Of a stretch of DNA of 64,000 nucleotides, positions 36,685 through 48,918 are shown piece by piece. The stretch is taken from NCBI GenBank assembly GCA_020184695.1, contig JAANOX010000156.1:1-64000 (forward strand), in the 5' to 3' direction. The DNA comes from Histomonas meleagridis 2922-C6/04-290x (taxonomy: Eukaryota; Protista; Parabasalia). The stretch's first letter is position 1, and each line of letters opens with the position of its first letter. The position numbers and the translations under genes were made by a program. Below the pieces are notes generated by a model, which did not search any database, was not told where the DNA came from, and saw only the letters and a program-made list of their open reading frames with translations.

Positions 36685-37550
36685 TTGGAGGTAGGTTTTA
36701 TATCCCGTAAAGACATTTGTGCAAGATTCAAATGTTCTAATTCTACTATTTCAAAAGTTTTCAAAAAATTTGGGATTAAATATCCAAAACTTAATAAAGG
36801 AAGGAAATCAAAATTTGTTGATCTGAAAATGATTGACACAATTTTGGATTATACCAGAAAATCCCGGGTTGGTTATCAAAGGATGACTGATGTTCTTCTA
36901 AGAAAAAGTTTTACAGTTACGGAAAATGAAGTCAAAAGAATATTAGAAACTGAAGGACTTTACTTATTCGAGAAGGAATATAAACCAGATGATGTTAATG
37001 ATCTAAGGTTTGTTGCCCCATTTGTAAATCAAATTTGGCATACAGATCTGCATTATCTTAAGAAAAATAAGGTGAGGATCAGAAATATTTAATAAGTTTT
37101 ATTGATGATAGATCTCAAAAAATATTATATTTTGAGGTTCTAAATGATAAAACTGATGAAAGCGCTTCTGCTGCTTTAAAAAAAGCTCTTGATTTGGTTA
37201 TTGCAGAAACAAATCATGTACCTCACACCATAGTCACTGATAATGGGGGTGAATTCGTTGGTGATGCATTTGTCTCTGTTTTTAATCAATAACAAGTCAA
37301 ACAATTTCGAATCGATCCCTATACTCCTGAAAAAAATGCAAAGATCGAACGTTTCTGGAGAACTTATGAGCAAGCCAAGACCGATAACTCAACAATCGGT
37401 GAAATTGTGGATGAATATAATATGTATTGGCTTCACAAAGGTCTTTACATTATATACAAAAAGAAAATGACTCCACAAGAAGCTTGGGAAATAATGCCAA
37501 AGTATGATGGTTCACACAGTGATACGGAACTTCGACTAATTTATATCTAA
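36685..37550 (+). mobile_element. IS481-like (rve integrase) transposase, frameshifted
   Basis: HTH, VGYQR, IWHTDLH (D1), LISFIDD, IVTDNGGEF (D2), PYTPEKNAKIERFW (E). Frameshift near 37085 and one internal stop. Confidence 0.8.
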
Positions 37551-38030
37551 AAATAAATTTGGCATTAATCTATTTTAATTGATGAATTTTTAATCATTAT
37601 TGTATGCGTCGCTTTTGAATGACATCTGATCGTTAACCGCCGTACGATAGGGCAAGTGAATTAACGGCTACAAAATATTATGCCACGGTCCACTTATTGA
37701 TATGAATATGATCGTTATATATATTTTGTCTTTGTCCACTTTTGTTCGTGTCTTTTAATCGTATATTATTTTGCCATATTTATATTTTGCGTAGTTTCTA
37801 TCGTCAAAAGTGGAGTACTATTTTCATCTAACATAATAAATTTTATATTATAGTGTAGCATTGAGCTCACGATAAAATTTTTTAGCTCAAGTAAAAGTGA
37901 CATTTCCTTGTGGTGCCCCTGTGTTGACACATTTATGACGGTTAGGGGATTTTTAACGTTCGGCGTCTTAACGTTTTTCACTCTATTGTGAAACATTATT
38001 TTTTATACTATTAATTATTGAGAAGTTAAT

Positions 38031-40444
38031 TTAATAAATTCCATTTATAAATGTTATTATATGACATTCATTGTATACATTGATTCGATATATTGTTATT
38101 AAGCGGAATCTGACAAGCAGAAGATCATCAGATATGTTTGTCATTATTCCTCGGACAATAAATCGATGACTTGAAATGAGCCTTTCAACATCACTCTCGC
38201 TGGTTCCAATCGACACTAGTCGCATTCCTACTTCAAATATTCTTATCGTTTGAAGGAATTTGTACCCATTCTTCCACATTTCTGATTCTGGAATCTCGCC
38301 TTCGAATGATCTATTGGCAAATTCATTAGTATCGAAGATCCATTTGTCATAAATCAGCTCTGCATTTTCCGTTGGTGTCTCGTTTAAGCTCATAATTACT
38401 ATAAATTTCATGATCACATCTAATGATTTTTCGTATGCACCTTTTCTAATATCATAGGCAACTATTTCATCTATACTGTTCTCAAGTTGTTGGTTAACAA
38501 TGTGATTATATCTTTCTTTTTCAAATAGTTATTTAATAAATGCATTTTCCTCCTGTTCTGCAATGATTGCCTCATTGATCGACGAATTGTTATCTAGTTG
38601 TTCTTCTTCATATTGTTCATCCATTTCTTCATCGGATGTATCATCATCAACACCATTTTCTATTTCATTAAGTTTCAAAGTTACTCTTTCAGTATAGTCA
38701 TCTATAGGGTGTCCGGATAAATTTTAGTATCAGCGTTTGTGTTGAATAATATTTTTTAAAATTTTAAATATAAATACATTAAATGTATGTGATATTTTAT
38801 TTTAAATATTAGATTTTATTTTTATCTGGTTCATGAGTTATAGTAAAAATAATAATACAAAATCTGTTTATTTTTAAAATACGTTTAAATTTTCATTATT
38901 AAAATGAGTGATTATATGAAACATCTCGTCATATATTGGAACAGCAAAAATTTGAAGCCAAATGATATATATAATAAATGTTGTAAAAACTTTGGTGAAG
39001 ATAATGTTCACTATAGCACAATAACAGATTGGTGTAGAAAATTGTTATTAGGCCAAAACATTCTGGTAAGAAAAACTGGCAGCGGTTTATTTACAGATAA
39101 TTTTATTGACCCTTTAATTTGTGATCAATTAGAACAAATGCCATTTCACAGTGTCAGAACATTGAGCACAACTTTAAAAATCCCAAAAAGTACAATCCAT
39201 GATCATCTCCGCAAAATAAGATTTGTTGTGAAGCATTTAAGGTTCGTTCCCCACACATTTTTTTATAAACAAAAATTACAACGTATTGATAAGTCAAAAC
39301 AACTTTTGAAAATTATTCAACAGGCACGTCACCAATCTTGGAAGTTCTTCTTAACAGGTGATGATAGCTGGTTAATTTTAGAAAGGATTTTGAAATTCAA
39401 TGGCTCCAGCCTGATCAAAAACCTTTTACAAGACCTAGAAAAATTATTTCAACACCAAAAAGAATGCTAGCGGTTTTTTGGTCTCCTTTGGGATTTAGAA
39501 TAGTTGAAATGTTACCTCATGGTAATAAATTTAATAGCGTATACTTTACTGAATCTATCTTAAAGAAAATTGTAAAAACAAATCCTCAGCAAAAGGAAGG
39601 GCGGCCGAAAAGGAAAGTTGTGGTGCATATGGACAATGCGACACCTCATCGGTCAAATGAAACCAAGAAGTTTGCCACCAAAAATGGGTTATTTTTATGC
39701 CCTCATCCAGCATTTTCGCCAGATTTAGCACCATCAGACTTTTATCTTTTTGGTGAAGTTAAAAATGAATTAAAAGGTTCAGGGTTTGTCTCAGAAGATG
39801 AACTTTTTGAGGCAATTAAGTCAATATTGGAGAAGATCACAAGAGATGAACTTGAATCCGTCTTTATAGAATGGGAAAGGAGACTCCAAGCCTGTATTGA
39901 TAATGGGGGTGATTACATTGAGTGAAGTTTACTTTACTATAAAAATTTTGTTTGTAGCATTTTCTGATATTGAGATACTAAAATTTATCCGGACACCCAA
40001 TATTGTCTTTTTTTCTATATATTCTTCTTCATCTGTATTATCAAGCCCAATTTTGTTAATTAAATTTTCCATTAGTTCATTAGCAACTTCGTTTGATTTG
40101 ATGATTTTTTCTTCGTTGTGGTTAAATCTACTCGCTTTTCCCATGTAATTATTTTTCCTTAGATAATATCAGCCTGGCAATGTCAGTGTCCATGCTGCCC
40201 AAGCTTCGGCTGGTAGATAAACTATAATAATTGCTGTCAAGTGTGCTAGTTGTTGACTCGAAATCCTATATGATTCGGGTTCTGATAGTAGATTCCTATT
40301 TATAATTATTCTATAACATTTATAATAGGTTATGTATATTGTTGGAACAACATCTTGGAAATGTGATTGTTCGCATTCAAAAAATAAAACAGCTAGCTTA
40401 ATTGGTAAGAGAATAATAAACATGTCTTTGTATACTTGTGGCAT
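38031..40444 (-). mobile_element. hAT-like transposase pseudogene interrupted by a mariner
   Basis: C-terminal dimerisation-like GMRLVSIGTSESDVERLISSHRFI and ILLPIKLAVLFFECEQSHFQDVVP. The frame is continuous once the mariner is removed. Candidate TAGGG termini at 37943 and 42048. Confidence 0.6.
38705..40000 (+). mobile_element. Full-length mariner (DD34D), 1296 bp, single frameshift
   Basis: 27-bp TIRs T(A/T)GGGTGTCCGGATAAATTTTAGTATC with one mismatch; TA duplication at 38703-38704 and 40001-40002; LTGDDSW, HMDNATPH, HPAFSPDLAPSD with 34 residues between D2 and D3; frameshift at about 39372. Confidence 0.95.
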
Positions 40445-40769
40445 TGTTGAATATATGGAATATGTGGATTGGAATGTATGAAATTTAGTGTGATATCACC
40501 TATTGATGTGATGAATTCTTTCATATGGGGCGAAGATCCGAATGATACAGCATATTTTCTAAAGAGTATTTAAATTCAATGGGTATTCAAGTATTTCTGA
40601 GTGTTGTTATTTCTTTCTGAAAATATGGCGCTCAAATTCTGAGGGCATTCGATTCCATTCATCATAAATTAAAATTAAAGTATCTTGATATACTACTTAC
40701 TTTAATCAACAAAAAAAGGATATTATGTTGTAATATAATATATTAGTAAATTTAATATAATATAATATT

Positions 40770-41060
40770 GCAATTGATATAATTCTTGTTCATTCATTTT
40801 CAAACTTAATTTGCTTATTGTTTGTTCTCATTTATTCTGGTTTGTTTTTTTAATTCATTTATATTTATCCTTGCTTATTCTTGTTTATTTTCTTAAATAA
40901 TTCTTGTTTGTTCTTGTTTATTATCATTTATTCATTATTATTTATTCTAATTAATTCTTGTTTATTCTTGTTTATTCATTGTTTGTTCTTGATTTTTCAT
41001 TGATTATTCTCATCTGATTATTCATTTGTTTGCTTATATTTATTATCACTCATTCTTGTT
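40770..41060. repeat. Degenerate TTATTCTTGT-type minisatellite
   Basis: Recurrent ttattcttgttt/ttattcatt units. Confidence 0.65.
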
Positions 41061-41094
41061 TATTCTTTTTTATTCATTGTTTGCTCTAGATTTT

Positions 41095-41587
41095 TCATTG
41101 CAATGTGAGGCCTTGCATTATCTTGTTGCAGCACCCACTTTCCTTGTCCATATACTTTGTATGCCTCATTTTCAACACATCACTGCCGATTATGATATCA
41201 AAAACATATGATTCAGTATTCACTGGTCCCTCAACAGATATCAAATTACTTATGATATTGTAACCGGTTACCACCGGTGGCACCCCAAATCATTACTTTT
41301 GGGGGATGTGCCACTTTTTCAGAACAAATTTGTGAAGAATAATTATCACTTCTTCTCCACATCCATTGATTCCCATTATATAACCAACTCTCGTTCTAAA
41401 ACACTACTTTCTTGTAGTTGGTTCCATTTTGTAGTTGATAGTTTGCCCATTGAATGAGGATTTTTTTTGCATGTTCCGTTAGTTTAACAGAGTTTCTTGG
41501 AGGGATAAAGCTAAACCCTATTATCTCATTCATCTTATTTTTATACCCTAATAGATTAATTTGTGAATATTTGCATAAAACCAACAA
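41095..41587 (-). mobile_element. Tc1-type transposase remnant
   Basis: YKKVVF*NESWF, HPPKVMIWGA, LISVEGPVNTESY across frameshifts. Confidence 0.7.
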
Positions 41588-42719
41588 TTTGATTAAATGA
41601 CAATTCCATTAATAATGTTCAAAAGTAAAATTTTGATAAATCATAGAATTTAATAAAATATCAAAACTTTTATGATTTAATTCATATCTCGAAGGATCAA
41701 TAAAATATTAGATAAGAAGTAAATCACAATCTTTTGAGACATATAAAAAATAGGTAATATTTGATTCGTCTATAAATTTCCATTGTCGACATAAAATTGA
41801 AGAATTATTAATATTTGATGTTGATTAAAATTCATTTCTTTAAAATTTATATTTCGAAAATATAAAAAACCCCATCAATCATATTGATTGCATTCTACTA
41901 ATAAAAAATGATGTGAATTAATTTTCATCGCGTGTTATTATTCTTTGTTTTGAATATATTATTTATTTTATTTAACTTTTTGAATGTTTCATAGCTATTT
42001 GACGTTAAAAAAAACGTAACAAGCCTTCGCAACGTTTTTTGCACCCTAAACGTTGAAAAGTGGAAATAACAATCAGAAAATTTAACGTTGCCCATGTCTG
42101 GTTTTTCAGGAATTAATTACATTTTAATGAAAAAATAGTTTTTCGTGAAATCCTCTCATCTCAGATTGTTTCAATGATAATTTTAGATTGCTCCAAAGCT
42201 GAAGTCAGTCTGATGATTGACTAAGGAATGATTTAATAATAATAAAAAATTATTTAAATAAAATCTAATGTGATTAATCAAATAAATGATTTTTTTTTTG
42301 ATTTATTCTTGCAAATGGATATGCATTCATTTTGCAAGAACATTGTGATCAGTTATATCAACACCCATGCCATTTTCCTTTACATATGATATTATTTTTT
42401 GTGTTTGTGTACTTTGGGTATCATTATATCCCATGTTAAATTGAATTTTTGATCATAACTTGTTTTATATTGTTTTTGTATTTTAATGTTTTTAAAATTT
42501 TCTTTATTGTTGTCGTTATCCTTATTAATTTTTACCCGTGAGTTTGGTAAATGACAATTTCCAATTAATGCCAACATGTAAATTTGGCACTTTCCAAAAA
42601 AGTGCTGGGTGAAATTTCAATTAATTCTCGATCCGCCTGAAGCTACGAATAAAAATTAAAGCATGCTTTAACCAAATTTGTTTTAAAAATAGAGTTTATT
42701 AGTTATAATAAAAATAATT

Positions 42720-43151
42720 TTACTTATTGTCAGGGTGTTGGTCAAGTAATAAGAAAAACTGGTCTTGTATTGTTGTCCAATTTTCGTTAAACCATCGTAC
42801 CAAATCTGTCTTTTTCTTGATAGTTTTGGGGTCAAAAGGTAAATCATGTTTTTTTGATAGAAACATTGCAATATCCCTATAAACAATTGAAGTTGGTTTG
42901 ATGGGTTTATGATTTTTCTTTAATAATAACAAGTGATCTTCAATAGCTCTTTCTGCACGAGACTTGTTACCCACTTGGATCCCGCCTTCCTTTGAATCAA
43001 ATTGATATAATAATTCATTAAGACGATGTGTTGCAACGCCTTTTAAATCAGGATGGTTATGACAAATCGAAATGATATCACTGATAATTTCTAAAGTTTC
43101 TTGAAGTTCTGGAACATTTGTTTCTTCTTGCATTAATTTTTCATATAACAT
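42720..43151 (-). CDS. Small hypothetical protein with a C-terminal KKKTDLVRWFNENW motif
   Basis: Intact 143-aa ATG-started ORF; the motif resembles a recurrent parabasalid hypothetical family (from recall, unverified). Confidence 0.65.
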   Translation of the reverse strand: MLYEKLMQEETNVPELQETLEIISDIISICHNHPDLKGVATHRLNELLYQFDSKEGGIQVGNKSRAERAIEDHLLLLKKNHKPIKPTSIVYRDIAMFLSKKHDLPFDPKTIKKKTDLVRWFNENWTTIQDQFFLLLDQHPDNK

Positions 43152-43656
43152 GTCAGATGGTAACTCAAGCTGAAGTAAAGTAACTCAATCATTTGTTTTC
43201 AAGATGAATAATAAAACAAGTATCCCCGAAGTACAACAGTACTTAAAGTTGTTTTTAAGAATTTAAAGATGAAACAAAATGAAGGCAATGATAATTTTTC
43301 ATGTAATTTTATATGAAAAATATTTTTTTTAATAAATTTGAATAATTCTATAATTATATTATTATATTTTTATCTAACTTATTGTATTCAATAATTACTT
43401 AAAATATATTATATTATTAATTACATTTTTATACAGTTTGTACCTGAAATGATCAAAAACCGCTGATTTCCCAAACAAACACACTCAATTCACATGCCGA
43501 TCAAATTACATCAAAGAATACCGTACGAGTAAAGCAAAAACTTAATTCTATATCATATTTAGAAACGCAAAGATTTTATTTATAATTTTGTTCTATTTTA
43601 GACAATGAAATGTTTATTTTCGAAATTTCTCATAAAAATTTTAATTTTATTCTGAT

Positions 43657-45537
43657 TTATTTACTTTGATTTGCCTTGTTAAATCTATCCTGCATTAACT
43701 TCTGCTGCTTCCTCAATTTATTTATTTGTCCTCTTGACAATGGTTCACCTTTTGCATCCTTTGTTGGGAAACCTGTTTCATCCCATTCGGAATATTTATC
43801 AGTTTGTTCTCTAAAGAAAACCGCAGGATCGACGACAACTGCCTGTTTCTTGTTACCCTTTTGTTGCTGTTGTTGTTTCTTAACTTCTTGTGCATGTTTC
43901 ATTTGCGCTTGTTTTTTAAGTTTCGCTTCGACATCTTCTGGATCGCAAAGTTTAAATGTAACTCCATTGTTACTATCTTCGAGTCTAATTCCAAGTGCAG
44001 GTAATGTAATATCTCTTTGCTTATCCATCAATGACAAAATTGATTTCGTATGTTCGTCAAGAAGTTTAATTGCATCATAACGCTTTTGTGCTTCTTCATC
44101 ATTGTCGGGTCGCGGCTTTCTTATGTCGACTCCTAAAAGTTGTGCAATAGCTTTCGTATCAGTTAATAACGAACGTGCAGGAACACGAATTTCTTGGCGA
44201 TGATGTGCAAGAGATTCTGCGACAGCGCCAAGATTTGATGCTGTGCTTTCGGATAAGTTGCATGAATCTTTAGTGAAGCCTAAGATATTCATAATACGCT
44301 TTATAAAACGTGCGGATGATAATATGAGTCCATTGTTTGGTTTCATGGAATTTGCACTTGTAATAAGTTGTGATATTAATTCAAGAACTTGTGGAATATT
44401 GAAGTTATTAGAGAATGCGGATTCAACATCAAGCGATGTCTTGGTCAATAAAAGTGAAAATTCATTATCAACTTCATTGAATTCATGAACATCAGTGGCA
44501 TGTCCAGTGCTATGAATGGCTTCCGCATTTTGTAAGAAATTGGTGATCTTACTTAAGAGGGAATTCGCATGTTCGATTAAACCATCAGTAAGTTCTAATA
44601 CTTTTTGCCATGGAACAAGTGCAAATGCCATACGAAGTGTGCGCCAATCATGTGTTTCTAATGATGACGAAATCGTTTTGAAGTTGCCAAGTGATTTTGA
44701 CATTTTCTCGCCATTAATTTTAAGCTGTCCGGTATGAATCCAGATGCGAACCCATGGATCAACGCCAAATTTGGCTTGGGATTGCGCAATTTCATTCGTA
44801 TGATGTGGAAAACGAAGATCAATCCCGCCACAATGAATATCAAAATGATCACCAAAGAAAATTCCTGACATCGTGGAACATTCAATGTGCCAACCTGGAC
44901 GACCTTTTCCCCAAGGTGAATCCCAGAAAGGTTCGCCTGGTTTGGTAGCTTTCCATAATGCAAAATCAGCTGAATTCTTCTTTCCAAGCTCAGCAAGATC
45001 ATCTGATTGTCTATTCTCCTCGGAATATGAACCTGCTTCAAGCTCTGCATATTTAAAGCCAGAATTTATGTATTGTTGAACATCAAAATAAACGCTTCCA
45101 GCCTTTTCATAAGCAAAACCTTTTTCAACAAGGGTCTTAATAAAGTCAATGATCTGCGGAATAACTTCGGTAACACGAAGAAGTGAATCAGGACGACGAA
45201 CATTGAGAGAATCCATATCTTTGAAAAAAGCATTTTCACGGTTTCGTGAATATTCAAATATGGTAGAACAACCGGTTTTCCCTTGATTGAAAGAGTCGAT
45301 GATTTTATCATCAATATCAGTGATGTTCATGGTCCATTGAAGTGGAATATTGAAGTATTCGCTTAGGATACGACGAATCATATCAAGTGTAACATAGGTC
45401 CTTGCATGACCAAGATGTGAATCTGAATAAACAGTTGGACCACATGTATATACACGAAGAGGTTTTCCATTTTCGATTTGAATCGGGGATACATTTTTGG
45501 TTAAAGTATTATATACAGAAACACCAGTATTTTTCAT
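43657..45537 (-). CDS. cysS: Cysteinyl-tRNA synthetase
   Basis: YTCGPTVYSDSHLGHAR (HIGH), GRPGWHIECS, DIHCGGIDLRFPHHTNE, KMSKS; eukaryote-type C-terminal extension (DKYSEWDETGFPTKDAKG). Confidence 0.98.
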   Translation of the reverse strand: MKNTGVSVYNTLTKNVSPIQIENGKPLRVYTCGPTVYSDSHLGHARTYVTLDMIRRILSEYFNIPLQWTMNITDIDDKIIDSFNQGKTGCSTIFEYSRNRENAFFKDMDSLNVRRPDSLLRVTEVIPQIIDFIKTLVEKGFAYEKAGSVYFDVQQYINSGFKYAELEAGSYSEENRQSDDLAELGKKNSADFALWKATKPGEPFWDSPWGKGRPGWHIECSTMSGIFFGDHFDIHCGGIDLRFPHHTNEIAQSQAKFGVDPWVRIWIHTGQLKINGEKMSKSLGNFKTISSSLETHDWRTLRMAFALVPWQKVLELTDGLIEHANSLLSKITNFLQNAEAIHSTGHATDVHEFNEVDNEFSLLLTKTSLDVESAFSNNFNIPQVLELISQLITSANSMKPNNGLILSSARFIKRIMNILGFTKDSCNLSESTASNLGAVAESLAHHRQEIRVPARSLLTDTKAIAQLLGVDIRKPRPDNDEEAQKRYDAIKLLDEHTKSILSLMDKQRDITLPALGIRLEDSNNGVTFKLCDPEDVEAKLKKQAQMKHAQEVKKQQQQQKGNKKQAVVVDPAVFFREQTDKYSEWDETGFPTKDAKGEPLSRGQINKLRKQQKLMQDRFNKANQSK

Positions 45538-46574
45538 TTTTTAATATGGCCATAAATTGAGCTGTGGGAATAAAGTATACAAAAATTGTGGGGTTTTTTT
45601 GACATGCTAAAATTGGATTTTGCTTTATTTAAAACGGTTTTGAATAAATTTTATCAATTGTTAATATTTCTTTAAGAATAGCAACATTTAACTTAACATT
45701 TATTGGATTGAAATTAAACTGGTAAAATGTATTTTTTAAGATTGTAAAATTATTAATTTTTTTAGTTCAATTCACCGAAAATTAGATTTTGTTTTAGGAG
45801 TAAGATTACAATTATTATAAATAAAATCATATACTTTATTAATCACTTAATTTGGTAAGCTATTAATTGAGGAAATAGAGGAAATAATGTTATTTCATCT
45901 TTTAATTTGATTCCTCCTGCATCATTATGAACCATATATTAACGTTAATTGCAAACTCATTAGTTATATTGCAATCAGAGTTATCATTTAAATTTATAAT
46001 TTGTTGAATATCACTTGGTTGAGGAATAATTATTTTAATATTAAGATCATTAAGGATATCATTTACAGATCTCACAACAACACTATTTTTATTATTTGTA
46101 ATAAATTGATATTGTTTTACAGGTGATTTATGATTAGCATTTTACTTTGGAGGAAATACTATTAATGATCTTTTACTTTCATCATGAGAAGTAAGAATAT
46201 CAAAATTGGTTGATTTATATATCTTTATCAACTAATTTGAAAAGAAGTGTTTTAACAAGAGTTGATTGCTTATCCATAATTATATAAGAGTTATTAATAA
46301 GAGAAATGTTTTTTTATAATTATTTAACATTCACCAGATCACTAGTGATCACCAGATAAATCCTATTATATTGAAATGGAAACGCACACACGCTCTTACC
46401 CAAAAAATATATATCTTTTTATTATTTCTTGTTTCACTAATTGATTTTATAAGATCATTATAAACGTTAATTAATCATAACATGATATTATAACAAAACC
46501 TTGTTTTGTGTGTTCAAAACTTTTTTATTTTCCCCTTTTATCTTATAATCTAAAAACATTATTAATAAAAAATA

Positions 46575-47235
46575 ATGTTAATAAAAATAACTCACCAATC
46601 ACAGTATTTTATAAAGACTAAGAACCTGAAACTAAATACCTATGGAATGTCCATTGGATCAATTACTTCGAATGCAAATTCTTTCTTCGTTGAAGAAAAT
46701 GGAATTGATTTCGAAAAGCTTCAATTACTTACTAATCTTTCCTTTATTAACTATAGTTTATGATAAAGATGGGGGTGAAGAATCATGGTCAAAATTACCT
46801 TTATCGCATTTATTATGATAAGCTTATCTCGAAAAATGTTATGACTGTTGAGAAGGGAAAAGCATAGCTTACAGCAGTATGTTATCAAGCAATGTATTTA
46901 CATCCTGAAACTGTTACATTTTGTCCTTATCATCCAATAATAATATTGAAGAAGCCAAGAGAAGGACAAATGAATTGTGCTATTCTTTCGTGTAATATGT
47001 GCTTTTGCTTGAGTTGTAATGAATGGCATCAAAAAGATATTGTAATAAATTTCAATGGAAAGATACCCACAAATTGTTTATCAAACTGAGAAAATCACGG
47101 GCTGTAATCATATTACATGTGCGTGTGGAGCTCGTTGATGTTATAAATGTGGCGCAGAACCTTTTAAAACAGGAAATGATTGTTATTTCTCTCATATGGG
47201 AAGGGAAAATGGGAGTTCTTTTACTTAGGCTTTGA
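46575..47235 (+). pseudogene. RBR (RING-IBR-RING) E3 ligase pseudogene
   Basis: IBR-like FCPYHP...CNMCFCLSCNEWH and RING2-like CNHITCACGAR*CYKCG...CY; stops and frameshifts. Confidence 0.7.
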
Positions 47236-47525
47236 CTAAGAGAATCTTTTCTAATATCTGCTTTATTCTATTAAATTTTTATCATGTTTCTTATTTATAT
47301 GTTCTTTCTAAACAATAATTTTATTAATAATCAGATAATAATTTATGATATCAGTAGAGTTAACATTTGTCTAAACTTAAGCTTTTAAAATATTTAGCTA
47401 AATGTGGAATTCAAAATCAAAATAGAATTTCTATAAATTTGTTGTATCAAAATAATTATTAAGAAAATGATTAACGATTTTTAAATCAAATTTAAATATC
47501 ATTAAAAACAAAAAGAATTTATTTT

Positions 47526-48887
47526 TTATTTTAATATATCCTGATTTTCTTTTGATAATTTTGACGTATCCAATTTATTTTTGAATCTTTTAATAATTTC
47601 TTTAATTCCCCAATCAACAGTTTCCTTTGTTTCTATGATAAGATCTATTGGGTTATTTGCTATCCAATTGCTCCCGAACGAAGGCAACAAGAATCCATAT
47701 TGCAATGATATTTCCAATTCTTTTGACACATTCATTAAACCCTCGAGAATATTTTCGATATATTTTTGCCCAATTCCAAATTTATCTTCTTTCGGAAACA
47801 CATACATTAATTTAACAATCGATTGAACACTTAACATTACAATTGTTGAAGATTCGATTGCAGCTGTTTCTCTTTTATATTGATTCATATCTTCTCTTGA
47901 AACAATGAAAAACATTTGCTTAATCACTTGATTAACTCTGTTATTAATTGGGTTCTGAATAAGATTACGATTTGGCGTAGGACTTCGGTTGTTATGTCGA
48001 AGATTGGAACGATCGATTTGACTTCTTCGCCAATTTGAATCATGGAATAAATGCATTGGCACTCTTGTGCTTCCTGACTGATGCAGAAGCTGATGTTTTC
48101 GTCTATAACTTTCAAATAATGGTAAAATGCATTCTTTAATGACAATGTCAAAAATATGACCTGTCGGATACTTAAATAAGAAATTACGGCTGATCTCATT
48201 ACCACCAGAGATATGATATAAGTCGTTGTACGCTAAAAATTGGATGTAACCTGTGGACTTTAAGCCTTGGATGAGACGTTTATTATTTGATGAGGCAAAA
48301 CTAATGTTTTCACCACTAATAACAGATGTGGTTGCTAAGAAAAATTCTGAAACAATAAAAACTTTGATCGAGGATATTAAAAGTTGTGTTGAAAAGAACA
48401 TGAAAATAAGACCAATAATAATTGATATTAAAAAATGTGAATGGTAGGTTTCAAATACTTTCTGAAAACGAGATTTTTTTGTAAAATTAATATATGGAAC
48501 AAAATTTTGTTCAAATGTGAAAATAAGTGTTATAAAGAACGCCATAAAGGCTGCTATTTGTGGATTAGTTGAAGCAGAAAGAAGTTGTATGTCTGTAAAA
48601 AGGAAGAAACAAATAAACCATATTATTCTTATGAGTAATTTTTTTGCAGGAAGAACGCGCCAAGTTACTGGTACACTTGTAAGAGCTTTAATATGGATAT
48701 ATGCTAAAGCAATTAGAACCATGAATGAAAGGATCTCGAATTCCCATGAAAATTGAATGCCAAATATAATTAAAACATATTGATAAATAAAATCGATTAT
48801 AACATTAAATAGAACTGCCCAAACAACAATTCCTATGATTTTGTATAAAATTAATTTGGACTGAAATCCCAAAAAATCAGGTTCCAT
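47526..48887 (-). CDS. NDC1: Ndc1-like transmembrane nucleoporin
   Basis: About six N-terminal hydrophobic helices, then FLAYNDL...SRNFLF...IKEC and C-terminal KLMYVFPKEDKFGIGQKYIENILEGL, similar to Ndc1 EDRFGVVQ. Confidence 0.7.
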   Translation of the reverse strand: MEPDFLGFQSKLILYKIIGIVVWAVLFNVIIDFIYQYVLIIFGIQFSWEFEILSFMVLIALAYIHIKALTSVPVTWRVLPAKKLLIRIIWFICFFLFTDIQLLSASTNPQIAAFMAFFITLIFTFEQNFVPYINFTKKSRFQKVFETYHSHFLISIIIGLIFMFFSTQLLISSIKVFIVSEFFLATTSVISGENISFASSNNKRLIQGLKSTGYIQFLAYNDLYHISGGNEISRNFLFKYPTGHIFDIVIKECILPLFESYRRKHQLLHQSGSTRVPMHLFHDSNWRRSQIDRSNLRHNNRSPTPNRNLIQNPINNRVNQVIKQMFFIVSREDMNQYKRETAAIESSTIVMLSVQSIVKLMYVFPKEDKFGIGQKYIENILEGLMNVSKELEISLQYGFLLPSFGSNWIANNPIDLIIETKETVDWGIKEIIKRFKNKLDTSKLSKENQDILK

Positions 48888-48910
48888 ATGTTGCCTTTGG
48901 GCGCTGAATT

Positions 48911-48918
48911 GTCACTTT
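48911..48918 (-). promoter_or_regulatory. AAAGTGAC upstream motif (Trichomonas M2-like)
   Basis: 23 nt upstream of the Ndc1-like ATG. Confidence 0.45.
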
